Assembly: GCA_016786705.1 (NCBI GenBank)
Contig: JAEUVV010000002.1
Span: 50,106 to 114,105 of the forward strand
Direction: 5' to 3'
DNA: 64,000 bases
DNA from: Taibaiella sp.
Lineage (GTDB): Bacteria > Bacteroidota > Bacteroidia > Chitinophagales > Chitinophagaceae
The translations under genes were made by a program, and so were the position numbers. Positions 19,611 to 29,638 of the stretch are shown piece by piece. Numbering within the stretch: position 1 is the first letter of the stretch; each line of letters starts with the position of its first letter. The notes below the pieces were generated by a model. It had not been told where the DNA came from. It searched no databases and saw nothing but the letters and a program-made list of their open reading frames with translations.

Positions 19611-20387
19611 ATGAGTTTCATATTAAAAGAAGTAATCGACCGGGTAGCCTATATTACCTTTAACCGCCCGGAAAAATTCAACAGCTTCAACCGGGAGATG
19701 GCGATGGACTTCCAGAAAGCCTTAGACGAATGTATGTCTGACGATGCGGTAAGAGCGGTATACATCACAGCTACCGGGAAAGCATTTTGTGCCGGCCAGG
19801 ACCTCGCAGAAGCAATGGACCCGGACGGGCCTGAATTACGGGCTATCGTACACGGGCATTACAATCCTATCATTGAGCGCATCCGTAATATCGAAAAACC
19901 GGTTGTATGCGCGGTGAACGGTGTAGCAGCGGGAGCAGGGGCCAACCTGGCACTTTGTTGTGATATCGTCGTAGCTACAGAGCAGGCTACTTTCATCCAG
20001 GCATTCAGCAAAATAGGCCTGATACCGGATTGCGGTGGCACTTATTTCTTACCCCGCCTCATCGGGTTCCAGAAAGCATCCGCACTGATGATGATGGGCG
20101 ATAAGATCGATGCTAAAGAGGCGGAGCGCCTGGGCATGATCTATAAATACTTCCCGGCAGAAACGTTTGAGGAGGAAAGTAAAAATATTGCCCGCTACCT
20201 GGCCACGATGCCCACGCAGGCATTCGCTTATACAAAGCTGGCCCTGAACGAAAGTTTCCAGAACAACCTGACCCGGCAATTAGCCCTGGAAGAAGATTAC
20301 CAGGCTACCTGTGGGGAAACGGCTGACTTTGAAGAAGGTACTGCCGCTTTTTTAGAAAAAAGAACGCCTAATTTTATTGGGAAATAA
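19611..20387 (+). CDS. paaG: Enoyl-CoA hydratase/isomerase (PaaG-like)
   Basis: AFCAGQDL, VAAGAGANLAL, FIQAFSKIGLIPDCGG. Confidence 0.88.
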   Translation: MSFILKEVIDRVAYITFNRPEKFNSFNREMAMDFQKALDECMSDDAVRAVYITATGKAFCAGQDLAEAMDPDGPELRAIVHGHYNPIIERIRNIEKPVVCAVNGVAAGAGANLALCCDIVVATEQATFIQAFSKIGLIPDCGGTYFLPRLIGFQKASALMMMGDKIDAKEAERLGMIYKYFPAETFEEESKNIARYLATMPTQAFAYTKLALNESFQNNLTRQLALEEDYQATCGETADFEEGTAAFLEKRTPNFIGK

Positions 20388-20442
20388 TTTATTGATCATT
20401 GGTGAAGAGCCTATGCGACTGCTTCACCAATGATGTTTTTAA

Positions 20443-21102
20443 TTGCTGTTCATGAAACTCAGATACCTGGTTATTGTCATTGTGCTACTGGCTTTGCTCT
20501 CCTGGCTGGCTTACTTCTTTGGTAAGCAACAGGGTAATGTGCAGGTCACTAATATTGCGACCAATGAGGTCCTCATTAAGGAGATAGCGGAGCTGGCTTC
20601 GCTGGAAGTACAGGGAAATGCCGAGATTACAGAGAGTAATATGGACAATAGTGATGGCATTATACAATCTATTCGCAAAGCGTTTATCGAACAGACGATA
20701 CATCTCAATATACCCTATGTAGCTAAATACGGGATCCAGGCCGACAGCAATACGATGGAAATCATCGTAAAAGAGGACAAGTCACTGCTGATCCGGCTAC
20801 CGGAAGCAAAATTGTTGAGCTATGAAATGCGACTGGACAAGGCCACCCAGAGCAGTACACAAGGCTGGCTGAAAAGCGAGAGCTACAACAGCTATAACGC
20901 GGTGCAGCAAAAATTGTACAAACAGGCCCGTGCAGAAGCGGAAGCCAGTATCAAAAACAAAGAAGTCGCCCAGGAAAAGCTAATCGGCATCCTGAAAAAT
21001 TATTACAAGCCGCTTGGCTATAAGGTACAGGTCCAGTTTGGCGATCAAAAAAGCATTGAGCTTTTCCCGGTATTAGAGACACCGGCTGCTACTACAGAAT
21101 AA
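20443..21102 (+). CDS. DUF4230 domain protein
   Basis: N-terminal TM; EIAELAS, AKYGI, IRLPEAKLL pattern; start may be 20452. Confidence 0.75.
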   Translation: MLFMKLRYLVIVIVLLALLSWLAYFFGKQQGNVQVTNIATNEVLIKEIAELASLEVQGNAEITESNMDNSDGIIQSIRKAFIEQTIHLNIPYVAKYGIQADSNTMEIIVKEDKSLLIRLPEAKLLSYEMRLDKATQSSTQGWLKSESYNSYNAVQQKLYKQARAEAEASIKNKEVAQEKLIGILKNYYKPLGYKVQVQFGDQKSIELFPVLETPAATTE

Positions 21103-21212
21103 AGGACTAAATTAAATGCCGCCAACTGAAAAAATTCAAACTATTTTCCATTCAAAAATTCGCCATCGAGGCTACATGGTGAAACCGGCTAAAGAGCTAC
21201 CTGTACTCAGGA

Positions 21213-21244
21213 TTTGACCGCAACAAAGTAATCAATTACTTTTG
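21213..21244 (+). promoter_or_regulatory. Bacteroidota primary-sigma promoter (copy 1)
   Basis: TTTG-N20-TACTTTTG. Confidence 0.8.
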
Positions 21245-21429
21245 CAGCCAAAACCAGATTAAAATTGAAAAAAATAACCTGCAACGTCCTGATAATATTA
21301 TTTGCCCTAATTTTTACCCCGCTATTATCTTTCGCCCAGTCAAAGACAAACCTCGATAACCCGGACAGCCTCATTCATTATTTAAAAATGGATAAGCACC
21401 CGGATTATCCTGAAGCTTCTGCTTTCTAC
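21225..21429 (+). repeat. 205-nt direct repeat, copy A (partner 23380..23584)
   Basis: Two mismatches counted by eye; covers the promoter and first 55 codons. Confidence 0.9.
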
Positions 21430-23259
21430 ATCCATAAAACGCTGGAAGAGGAATTGAATAATTTTGATGCCATTATGATCTTCGACATTGCGATCAAAAT
21501 ATTCGAAGTTAAAGATGCAGAGGACTACTTTCAACTCCTCCTGCCGCAATTTTCTTCAGGCATAAATTTAAAAGTACTGAGAATTACTACCTATAATTTA
21601 GAAAATGACAAGGTAACAACAACACATGTGGATAGAAGCTTCCTTAATCGAAAAAAACTAGAGCATTATCCACCTGTTCAATTTATTTCCGATTCCAAAA
21701 TAAAGAAAGGTTCTATAGTACGCTGCCAGATTCAATTCCAGGGTTCAAGTATTTTCAACAAATTTAATTTCCAGGAAATCCTTCCTGTTGAATACGCGGC
21801 TTTCCGCTTAAAAATACCTAAAGACCGCACAATAAAAGTAACAGAGCATGTAGGTACACCATTTCAAAAATTTGTAAACAAAGCATATTTTGAGACAGCG
21901 ATAAACTTTTCCAGCTCTGCTGTTTACTTTGAAAACAGGAGCGCAGTTCATAGCTGGGTCAGGCGAAAAGTACCACCTATAAAAAGGGAACTCTTCAATG
22001 ATGACCAGGTAGTAGAAAATGTGTTATTCGAATTTACACATAAGGATATTGAACAAAAAAGAAAGGACTGGGAGTCGGAGCTAAACAATATGACCTGGCA
22101 GGACTATAATTCAAATCTTTATAATGGCCGGTACCAGATCGCTTTTGAAAAAAATGAATATTTATATGACCTTATACCATCAATAGTCCATAAAGAGAAA
22201 GATAGTTTTATCATTGCGCGCTTACTCTTTAAATACATACAGGGTAATTTCACCCCTATAGATCAAGACAGAGTATTTCATTTTGAAACAATTGATGAAG
22301 ATAAAGAAGCTACGCCACTTACATTAAACCTTTTCTTATGCGCACTATACCGACATGCCGGTTTTCAAAGTGACCTGGTTTATATCTCCACCGACCGAAA
22401 AAACCCTCTAACTCCTGATAAAGTCAGCGATAAAAATATTGCCATTGCTGTTCGTGTCATTATGAATGGCACATCCTATTTCTGTAATCCCGCTTTGAAA
22501 AAGCTACCCTTCGGATATTTGCCATACAGCTATTACAATGGCTATACACGTTTAATCAATAAAACCGGGGGATTCATAGTCCTAAATCCTGAACTGGCCA
22601 AAAACCAATATAATATAGAAACAGCATTAAGCCATATTGATGCTGAACCTAATAAATTCAAACTGTCTATGAAAGAGAGCTTTGGCATATATGGATCCAT
22701 TCGCGAAAGAGAAGAATATACCAAAGATTCTATAGCTTATAAAAACGACTATAAAAAGCACCTGCAAAAATTAAATTCGGACTTAGACATCAATCATTAT
22801 ACCTTAAAAGTTGAAAATCTTCACGATATCGAATCCCCTTTTATGTTAACGGCTGAAGCAGAAATTGAATCGGGCAATAACTGGGACCAATTATTAATAG
22901 ATCCTTTTTTGCAAAAAGTATATAATGGAGAGAACCCTTTCCAAAAAATGAAAGACCGGAAAACGGATATCAAAATGGACTTCTGTAATAATTTTAATTA
23001 TACTTTTCGTTTTAACCTGGGTAACGGTATTACAGTTGAAGCGCTACCTTCCAAAACTGCACTACAGTATGCAAACCCGGCAGCAATTAAATATACCCAA
23101 GATGCCAGCTACAATGCAGGTACTCAAACGGTTGAAGCTAAATATAATTATGATATCATCCCTGCATTCTATGCTCCGGAAGAAGTCGAAGACCTTAATG
23201 CTTTTTATGCTGCAATCATAAAAGCCTCCAACCAAAAATTACTGCTCCGTAAACGATAA
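21265..23259 (+). CDS. DUF3857/transglutaminase-like protein, non-catalytic paralog 1
   Basis: TTG start, signal peptide, FQEILPVEYA DUF3857-like motif; ATPLTLN at the GDCK position. Confidence 0.8.
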   Translation: MKKITCNVLIILFALIFTPLLSFAQSKTNLDNPDSLIHYLKMDKHPDYPEASAFYIHKTLEEELNNFDAIMIFDIAIKIFEVKDAEDYFQLLLPQFSSGINLKVLRITTYNLENDKVTTTHVDRSFLNRKKLEHYPPVQFISDSKIKKGSIVRCQIQFQGSSIFNKFNFQEILPVEYAAFRLKIPKDRTIKVTEHVGTPFQKFVNKAYFETAINFSSSAVYFENRSAVHSWVRRKVPPIKRELFNDDQVVENVLFEFTHKDIEQKRKDWESELNNMTWQDYNSNLYNGRYQIAFEKNEYLYDLIPSIVHKEKDSFIIARLLFKYIQGNFTPIDQDRVFHFETIDEDKEATPLTLNLFLCALYRHAGFQSDLVYISTDRKNPLTPDKVSDKNIAIAVRVIMNGTSYFCNPALKKLPFGYLPYSYYNGYTRLINKTGGFIVLNPELAKNQYNIETALSHIDAEPNKFKLSMKESFGIYGSIREREEYTKDSIAYKNDYKKHLQKLNSDLDINHYTLKVENLHDIESPFMLTAEAEIESGNNWDQLLIDPFLQKVYNGENPFQKMKDRKTDIKMDFCNNFNYTFRFNLGNGITVEALPSKTALQYANPAAIKYTQDASYNAGTQTVEAKYNYDIIPAFYAPEEVEDLNAFYAAIIKASNQKLLLRKR

Positions 23260-23367
23260 ATATTCCGCTTCAAAATAAGTACAGGACTGCTTCTAGGTTA
23301 TTTTATCCTACCCGCAACCGCTGCAAATTTCAGTCGACCCGCTTCAGGCACCCGATGAAGTTCCTGA

Positions 23368-23399
23368 TTTGACCAGAATAAAGTAATCAATTACTTTTG
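23368..23399 (+). promoter_or_regulatory. Bacteroidota primary-sigma promoter (copy 2)
   Basis: TTTG-N20-TACTTTTG. Confidence 0.8.
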
Positions 23400-23584
23400 C
23401 AGCCAAAACCAGATTAAAATTGAAAAAAATAACCTGCAACGTCCTGATAATATTATTTGCCCTAATTTTTACCCCTCTATTATCTTTCGCCCAGTCAAAG
23501 ACAAACCTCGATAACCCGGACAGCCTCATTCATTATTTAAAAATGGATAAGCACCCGGATTATCCTGAAGCTTCAGCTTTCTAC
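23380..23584 (+). repeat. 205-nt direct repeat, copy B
   Basis: Near-identical to 21225..21429. Confidence 0.9.
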
Positions 23585-25411
23585 GTTCATAGAATCATCC
23601 AACAATACTATGATAATTATGATTCGGATATAACATTAGATATTGCCCTTAAAGTATTTCAAATTAAGGATGTCGAAGAACTGGCCAACCTGATTTTGCC
23701 AAAATTTGCCAATGGGATAAAACTAAAAGATCTTAAGATGACTACCTACAACCTGGAAAATGGTGTCGTTCAGACTAAAGAGCTGGACAAAACTGCACTC
23801 CAGGAAACTAAGCTCGGGCAAGGTAATTCTATTCGACTGATGACTGCGGCTCATGCCAAAAATGGCTCTATTGTCCGTTACCAGCTTACTGTAAAAGGAG
23901 CAAGACCAATCTTCGGGTTTGACTTCCAGGAGGAGCTGCCTGTCGCCTATGCAGCCTTTGAACTTAAAATATTAAAAAAACGGCTTATCCGGGTGGAAAA
24001 GACGGTAAAGTTTCCCTTCCGGGAGTTCCAGGACACTACAGCCTTTAATGCAAGTACACTACCCGCCACATCTATGGTCACCTTTCGAAACAGGCATACG
24101 ACCTATAAATGGGTAAGACGGAATGTTGCTCCGTTCAAGTTAGAAGCATTTACTTCCAAACAAAGCCCGGAGCACCTTCAAATTCATTTTGATACTGAAA
24201 AAATTACAACCTTGAAACGAATGAATGTAGTTGATTCCAATAATTTAGCCTGGGAAACTTACAATACTAAACTTTACAATTCCTACAGTCACTCTTTTGC
24301 TAAAAATGATGATTTATACAAACAACTCCCTTTAATTATCAATGCGGAAACCGATAGCCTTAAAATAGCCATGCAGCTGTTTAAGTATGTCCAGGATAGT
24401 TTTAGTTTAATAAGCCATTCTTTTGCAACAGACTTCAAGGAAATTATTAAAGAAAAAAAAGGTACTCCTGTGGCACTTAATCAATTACTGTGCGCGCTTT
24501 ACCGGCATGCAGGCCTGCCCAGCGACCTGGTATACGTTTCTACAGACAGGAAGAATCCCTTTACCCCCGATAAAGTTAATGAAGTAGCTATAGCAGTAGC
24601 TGTTCGGGTAATATTAAACGGCGTATCTTATCTGTGCGCCCCGGATCAGAAAAAACTGCCTTTCGGCTACCTGCCTTACAGGTATTATAACGGCTATTCC
24701 CGTTTAATCAATAAAACGGGTGGTGCTATTACTTTAGATCCTATTTTAGCCAAAAATAGTTATAATACAGATGTAACCCTTACTCCCCTTGATTCTGCCT
24801 CGAATAAATTCAAGATCAGCTTCCGAAAAAATTTCGGTTTCTACACTTCTCCGGACGAAAGAGAGGAATACAAAGCTGATTCCGTTACTTACAAGGAATT
24901 ATATCAAAAACACCTGGAAAGTATCACTCCGGACCTGAGCATCAGCAACTATACTTTAAGTGTTGAAAACCTGAAAAATATCGAACAGCCCTTTATTGTA
25001 CATGCGCAAGCAGAGATAGACCTTGGAGATAACTCAAACATACTATTCCTGGATCCTTTCCTGCAAAAAATATATAACGGCCAAAACCCGTTCCAGAAAA
25101 TAAAAGATCGGGACAATGAGGTGGAAATGGATTTTTGCTATACGCTGAATTATAGTTTCCGCTTACAACTCAATGATAACCTCAGGGTCGGGGAACTGCC
25201 CTCTAAAAATGCAATGCAATATGCCAGCCCGGCAGCGATCAGGTATTCCCAGGGAGCCAGCTACAATCCATCTGACAATAGCGTTGAAGTAAAATACACT
25301 TATGATATTATCCCGGTATTTTATGCACCTGAAGAAGTAGCAGACCTCAATGCATTTTATACAGAAGTTATGAAAACCATCAATCAAAAATTATTGCTTA
25401 AAAAACGATAA
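23420..25411 (+). CDS. DUF3857/transglutaminase-like protein, non-catalytic paralog 2
   Basis: Paralog of 21265; GTPVALN at the GDCK position. Confidence 0.8.
   Translation: MKKITCNVLIILFALIFTPLLSFAQSKTNLDNPDSLIHYLKMDKHPDYPEASAFYVHRIIQQYYDNYDSDITLDIALKVFQIKDVEELANLILPKFANGIKLKDLKMTTYNLENGVVQTKELDKTALQETKLGQGNSIRLMTAAHAKNGSIVRYQLTVKGARPIFGFDFQEELPVAYAAFELKILKKRLIRVEKTVKFPFREFQDTTAFNASTLPATSMVTFRNRHTTYKWVRRNVAPFKLEAFTSKQSPEHLQIHFDTEKITTLKRMNVVDSNNLAWETYNTKLYNSYSHSFAKNDDLYKQLPLIINAETDSLKIAMQLFKYVQDSFSLISHSFATDFKEIIKEKKGTPVALNQLLCALYRHAGLPSDLVYVSTDRKNPFTPDKVNEVAIAVAVRVILNGVSYLCAPDQKKLPFGYLPYRYYNGYSRLINKTGGAITLDPILAKNSYNTDVTLTPLDSASNKFKISFRKNFGFYTSPDEREEYKADSVTYKELYQKHLESITPDLSISNYTLSVENLKNIEQPFIVHAQAEIDLGDNSNILFLDPFLQKIYNGQNPFQKIKDRDNEVEMDFCYTLNYSFRLQLNDNLRVGELPSKNAMQYASPAAIRYSQGASYNPSDNSVEVKYTYDIIPVFYAPEEVADLNAFYTEVMKTINQKLLLKKR
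25223..25399 (+). repeat. 177-nt direct repeat, copy A (partner 27348..27524)
   Basis: Five mismatches counted by eye, four of them synonymous. Confidence 0.9.
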
Positions 25412-25501
25412 GAAAAGAGAGAGCCTCGAAATAAATACGGGCCTGCTCTGATCGCAGTAAATCCCGGCCAAACCGCTTCAGACAGCAGACAGAGCGCCCG
25501 A

Positions 25502-25533
25502 TTTGACCGAAAAAAAGTAATGAATTATTTTTG
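25502..25533 (+). promoter_or_regulatory. Bacteroidota primary-sigma promoter (copy 3)
   Basis: TTTG-N20-TATTTTTG. Confidence 0.8.
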
Positions 25534-25553
25534 CAGCCAAAACCAGATTCACC

Positions 25554-27536
25554 TTGAAAAAAATAACCTGTAAAATTCTTTTAATTTTATTTGCGGTACT
25601 ATTAACCCCTCTGTTATCCCGCGCCCAGGTAAAACCGGACCTTGACAATGAGGACAGCCTGGTTCGTTATTTAAAAATGGATAAGCATCCGGATTATCCC
25701 GAAGCTTCAGCCTTCTATATACAAAACATTGTCCGGCAAAATATTGACCCTTACGGATCGGATATCCAGGTAGATATCGCCTTAAAAATATTTAAGGTTA
25801 ATGACGTAGCGGAGTATGTCAACTTTATTTTACCCAAATTTACCCAGGGTATTAAATTAAAAGAATTTAAAGTAAGGACCTATAATCTCGAAAATGGATT
25901 GTTGCAAACAAGAGAACTGGATAAGAAATCACTCCAGGAAACTAAAATAAAAAAAGGCAAATCAATTCAAACGATCAGTGCAGCACATGCAAAAGACGGC
26001 TCTATTGTCCACTACCAGTTCACCATACATGGCAGCGCTGCCGGCTTGTTCCTATTCCAGGACGAATTGCCGGTACACTATGCTGAATTTACAGTAAAAA
26101 CATTAAAGGATACAAAGATTAAAGTAAAAGAAAGTATCAACACGCCATTTAAGGTATTTACCGATAAACCGGCATTCTTTAGTTCGCCCCTGCCTTCAAT
26201 TGCGATTGCCGACAGGCAGAGAAGATATATCGTCTATACATGGATCAAAAGAGACCTTGCCCCGTTTAAAGAAGAAATATTTACCTCTAAACAAAAACCG
26301 GAGCAATTAAGTATTGATTTTTACCATATAGAACAAAACATTCATAGTGAAGACAGCGAATTCCAAAACTACACCTGGAAAACTTACAATACCGTCTTGT
26401 ATCAACAGTACAGCAGTGCTTTTACAAAAAATAATTTTTTAGCAAAGCATTTACCTGCGATAACCGGGAAAGAGCAGGATACCCTTAAATTGGCACAAAA
26501 TCTTTTTAAATATGTTCAGGACAGCTTTAATGTAGGGAATGATTTAAAAACGAAAGATATCGAAAAGCTGGTGAAGGATAAAGAAGGTAACCAGGATGCT
26601 TTAAATATGCTACTATGTGCCCTATACCGGCAGGCAGGCCTGACCAGTGATCTTGTATTGGTGAGTCTGGAAAGGAAAAGACCCTTATCGCCCGGCAGGG
26701 TCACTATGAGCCACACAACGATTGCCGTAAGAGTGATGATCAATGGTGTAGCCTATCTTTGTGCCCCCGACCAGAAAAAATTACCTTTTGGCTATTTGCC
26801 CTATGCTTACTATAATGGATATACCCGCTTAATCAATAAAGAAGGGGGTTCAATAGTATTAAGCCCTGAATTGGCAAAAAACAAGATCGACGTAGCGGTG
26901 ACGATAAGTCCTGTTGATACGCTGCATCGGAAATTTAAAATTGAGTTCCGTAAAAGTTACGGTATATATGGCTCTGCCAGTGAACGGGAGCGTTACCGGA
27001 AAGACACTGCCGCCTATCACGATTTTTTTAAAAAACGTCTTGAAGCGCTTAGCCCTGATCTGAATACGAGCAATTACGCCTTCAAAGCAGAAAACTCAGA
27101 AAATATAGAACAGCCTTTGGTCCTAGCCGGGGCAGGAGAAATCGACCTGGGTGACCATCCCGGGATATTGTTTTTAGACCCATTCTTACAAAAAATATAT
27201 GATGGTCAAAACCCGTTCCAGCAAATGAAAGATCGGGATACTGATGTGGAAATGGATTTTTGCTATACGCTGAATTATAACTTCCGTTTACACCTCAATC
27301 CTAAAATGAGCGTTGAAGAACTGCCTTCAAGAAGCACTCTTCATTACGCCAGCCCGGCAGCGATCATGTATTCCCAGGGAGCCAGCTACAATCCATCTGA
27401 CAATAGCGTTGAAGTAAAATACACTTATGATATTATCCCGGTATTTTATGCGCCTGAAGAAGTGGCAGACCTCAATGCTTTTTATACAGAAGTTATGAAA
27501 ACGATCAATCAAAAATTATTGCTTAATAAAAAATAA
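25554..27536 (+). CDS. DUF3857/transglutaminase-like protein, non-catalytic paralog 3
   Basis: Paralog; GNQDALN at the GDCK position. Confidence 0.8.
   Translation: MKKITCKILLILFAVLLTPLLSRAQVKPDLDNEDSLVRYLKMDKHPDYPEASAFYIQNIVRQNIDPYGSDIQVDIALKIFKVNDVAEYVNFILPKFTQGIKLKEFKVRTYNLENGLLQTRELDKKSLQETKIKKGKSIQTISAAHAKDGSIVHYQFTIHGSAAGLFLFQDELPVHYAEFTVKTLKDTKIKVKESINTPFKVFTDKPAFFSSPLPSIAIADRQRRYIVYTWIKRDLAPFKEEIFTSKQKPEQLSIDFYHIEQNIHSEDSEFQNYTWKTYNTVLYQQYSSAFTKNNFLAKHLPAITGKEQDTLKLAQNLFKYVQDSFNVGNDLKTKDIEKLVKDKEGNQDALNMLLCALYRQAGLTSDLVLVSLERKRPLSPGRVTMSHTTIAVRVMINGVAYLCAPDQKKLPFGYLPYAYYNGYTRLINKEGGSIVLSPELAKNKIDVAVTISPVDTLHRKFKIEFRKSYGIYGSASERERYRKDTAAYHDFFKKRLEALSPDLNTSNYAFKAENSENIEQPLVLAGAGEIDLGDHPGILFLDPFLQKIYDGQNPFQQMKDRDTDVEMDFCYTLNYNFRLHLNPKMSVEELPSRSTLHYASPAAIMYSQGASYNPSDNSVEVKYTYDIIPVFYAPEEVADLNAFYTEVMKTINQKLLLNKK
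27348..27524 (+). repeat. 177-nt direct repeat, copy B
   Basis: Near-identical to 25223..25399. Confidence 0.9.
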
Positions 27537-27543
27537 AGCTGCC

Positions 27544-29478
27544 ATGCAAAATACTCTCCTTTACCTCCTCACCTGCCTGCTGGTACTCCTCTCTTGTACT
27601 ACTGCTTATACCAATCCATACGCTTTTGACAAAATACCGGATACACTGAAGCATAATGCACATGCGGTAATACGGCTGGACAGCACCAGGATTGAGATCA
27701 AAAACAATGGATTCGTTAAACGATCCACCTATATTGTTACTATACTCTCCGAAGAAGGGGACCAATTCGCAACTTTTGTCGGTGACTACAACTCCTACAG
27801 CACTTTTGAATCGCTGACCGCAGTACAATACAATGAAAAAGGAAAAGAAGTACGTAAAAAAAGTAAATCTGACTTTAACGACATTTCTGCTTTTGGCACT
27901 AATTATGCCTTCCTGCAGGATGACCGTTTTAAGGTATTTGATTTCAATTGCCAGACCTACCCTTATACGGTAAAATTTGAATATGAAAAAAAATTCAAAA
28001 GCCTGTTCTTTATCTCCAACTGGCAACCTCAAAGCAATCCAAAACTTTCTGTAGAAAAGGCGGTACTTGAAATTGCTTACCAGGGAGCGCAGCCTCTGCG
28101 GCACAAATCGGTCAACTTTCTGACATCCGATCATTTCCGTGAGGATAATACCGACCCTAAAAAGCAAATTTACAAATGGACCTTTCTTAACCTGAATGCC
28201 TTTGACTATCAACCTTACTCCAGGACCTTTCTATTGAAAAAACCCGTTGTCGAATTATTTGCCAACAAGATACAATTAGATAACTATGAAGGACCGGCAA
28301 CTACATGGAATGATTTTGGCTTCTTTTTCTACAACCTGAATAAAGATAAAGACCTGCTGTCTGCTAAAAATGCAGCCCAGATCGCAGAACTGACTAAAGG
28401 AGTAGCAGACCCCAAAAAGAAAGTAGAACTATTATATAATTACCTGCAACAAAACACGCGCTATGTACTTAATTCCAGAGGTATATTAGGCTGGCAAACG
28501 ATCTCGGCAAATGATGTGCATGAAACCGGTTATGGCGACTGTAAAGGCCTCTCCAATTATATGAAGGCTATGCTGAAAGCAGTAAACATACCCGCCTACC
28601 TGACCCTGGTATATGCCGGTGATAAACTGGGACATACAATGGATAAAGACTTTCCCACCAATACTTTTAACCATGTTATTTTATGTGTTCCCCTGGAAAA
28701 AGATACGGTCTGGCTGGAATGTACCTCCAATCTCTATCCGGCTGGATATCTCGGCGATTTCACCCACAACCGGGAGGTTTTGGTCCTTACAGAGAATGGC
28801 GGACAGATAGCCTATACACCTCATTATAAACAAAAAGACTGTTTCCTGGAAAGGAGTATAACAGTAGACCTTGACCTTGAAAAATCGGCACAAAATATAA
28901 ACTGGCAGTCGAAATATGCCGGGATTATGGCAGAGAAGGCACTGGATATGGCTACCAATAAACCTAAGAAGGCTTATGAAGACTTTTTAAACAAAGCTGT
29001 GCCCTATAAGAATTTCAAAACTAAGGAAGTGCATTCAGAGAAAAAGACATCCTCCACACACATCCCGGTGGTAAAAGAAACGGCCACCTATGAAGTGGAC
29101 CATCTTCTGACGGAAACAAAAACCAGGTACCTGCTTTCTTTGCCGCTCATACAAACCGAGCTGCCTGATATCGAAACAAAATCTGCAAGAACAGAGTCTT
29201 TCGTTTTCGTTTCAGACCTCAAGTTGAATTACCTGTATACTATAGCTTATCCGGACTCTTTAGTCCCGGAAAATATCCCTAAAGTAATAACGGAGCAATA
29301 TCCTTTCGGTAGTTATAGCTATACACCTACTGTTTCCGGAAATAAAATTTCAGTGCGTATAGAATTACTGATCAATGAAGGCACCTTTGGTCCTGAACTC
29401 TATAATCATTACCTGCAATTCTATAAAACAGCAATCAATAACACCAAACAAATCACGCTTTCCTTTCTAAAAAAATAA
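27544..29478 (+). CDS. DUF3857 plus transglutaminase-like protein with intact catalytic residues
   Basis: Signal peptide; YGDCKGLS (Cys), FNHVI (His), WLECT (acid). Confidence 0.9.
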   Translation: MQNTLLYLLTCLLVLLSCTTAYTNPYAFDKIPDTLKHNAHAVIRLDSTRIEIKNNGFVKRSTYIVTILSEEGDQFATFVGDYNSYSTFESLTAVQYNEKGKEVRKKSKSDFNDISAFGTNYAFLQDDRFKVFDFNCQTYPYTVKFEYEKKFKSLFFISNWQPQSNPKLSVEKAVLEIAYQGAQPLRHKSVNFLTSDHFREDNTDPKKQIYKWTFLNLNAFDYQPYSRTFLLKKPVVELFANKIQLDNYEGPATTWNDFGFFFYNLNKDKDLLSAKNAAQIAELTKGVADPKKKVELLYNYLQQNTRYVLNSRGILGWQTISANDVHETGYGDCKGLSNYMKAMLKAVNIPAYLTLVYAGDKLGHTMDKDFPTNTFNHVILCVPLEKDTVWLECTSNLYPAGYLGDFTHNREVLVLTENGGQIAYTPHYKQKDCFLERSITVDLDLEKSAQNINWQSKYAGIMAEKALDMATNKPKKAYEDFLNKAVPYKNFKTKEVHSEKKTSSTHIPVVKETATYEVDHLLTETKTRYLLSLPLIQTELPDIETKSARTESFVFVSDLKLNYLYTIAYPDSLVPENIPKVITEQYPFGSYSYTPTVSGNKISVRIELLINEGTFGPELYNHYLQFYKTAINNTKQITLSFLKK

Positions 29479-29638
29479 ATACCTTTTCCAAACAACCGCT
29501 CTCCATATTGGTGAACACAACAAAGCGGTTAATAATTAATCCGTAAAACTTCATTGAAAAAACCGCAAGAAAGCGGCTCCAGAACCTAGTCAAAAATACC
29601 CCCAACATTTAAAATAGTATTAAATTTTCAGCTAAGCT

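Noticed and set aside
25223-27524. Diversity-generating retroelement (TR/VR pair)
   Set aside because: No reverse transcriptase in the window; mismatches are few, mostly synonymous and not confined to adenines
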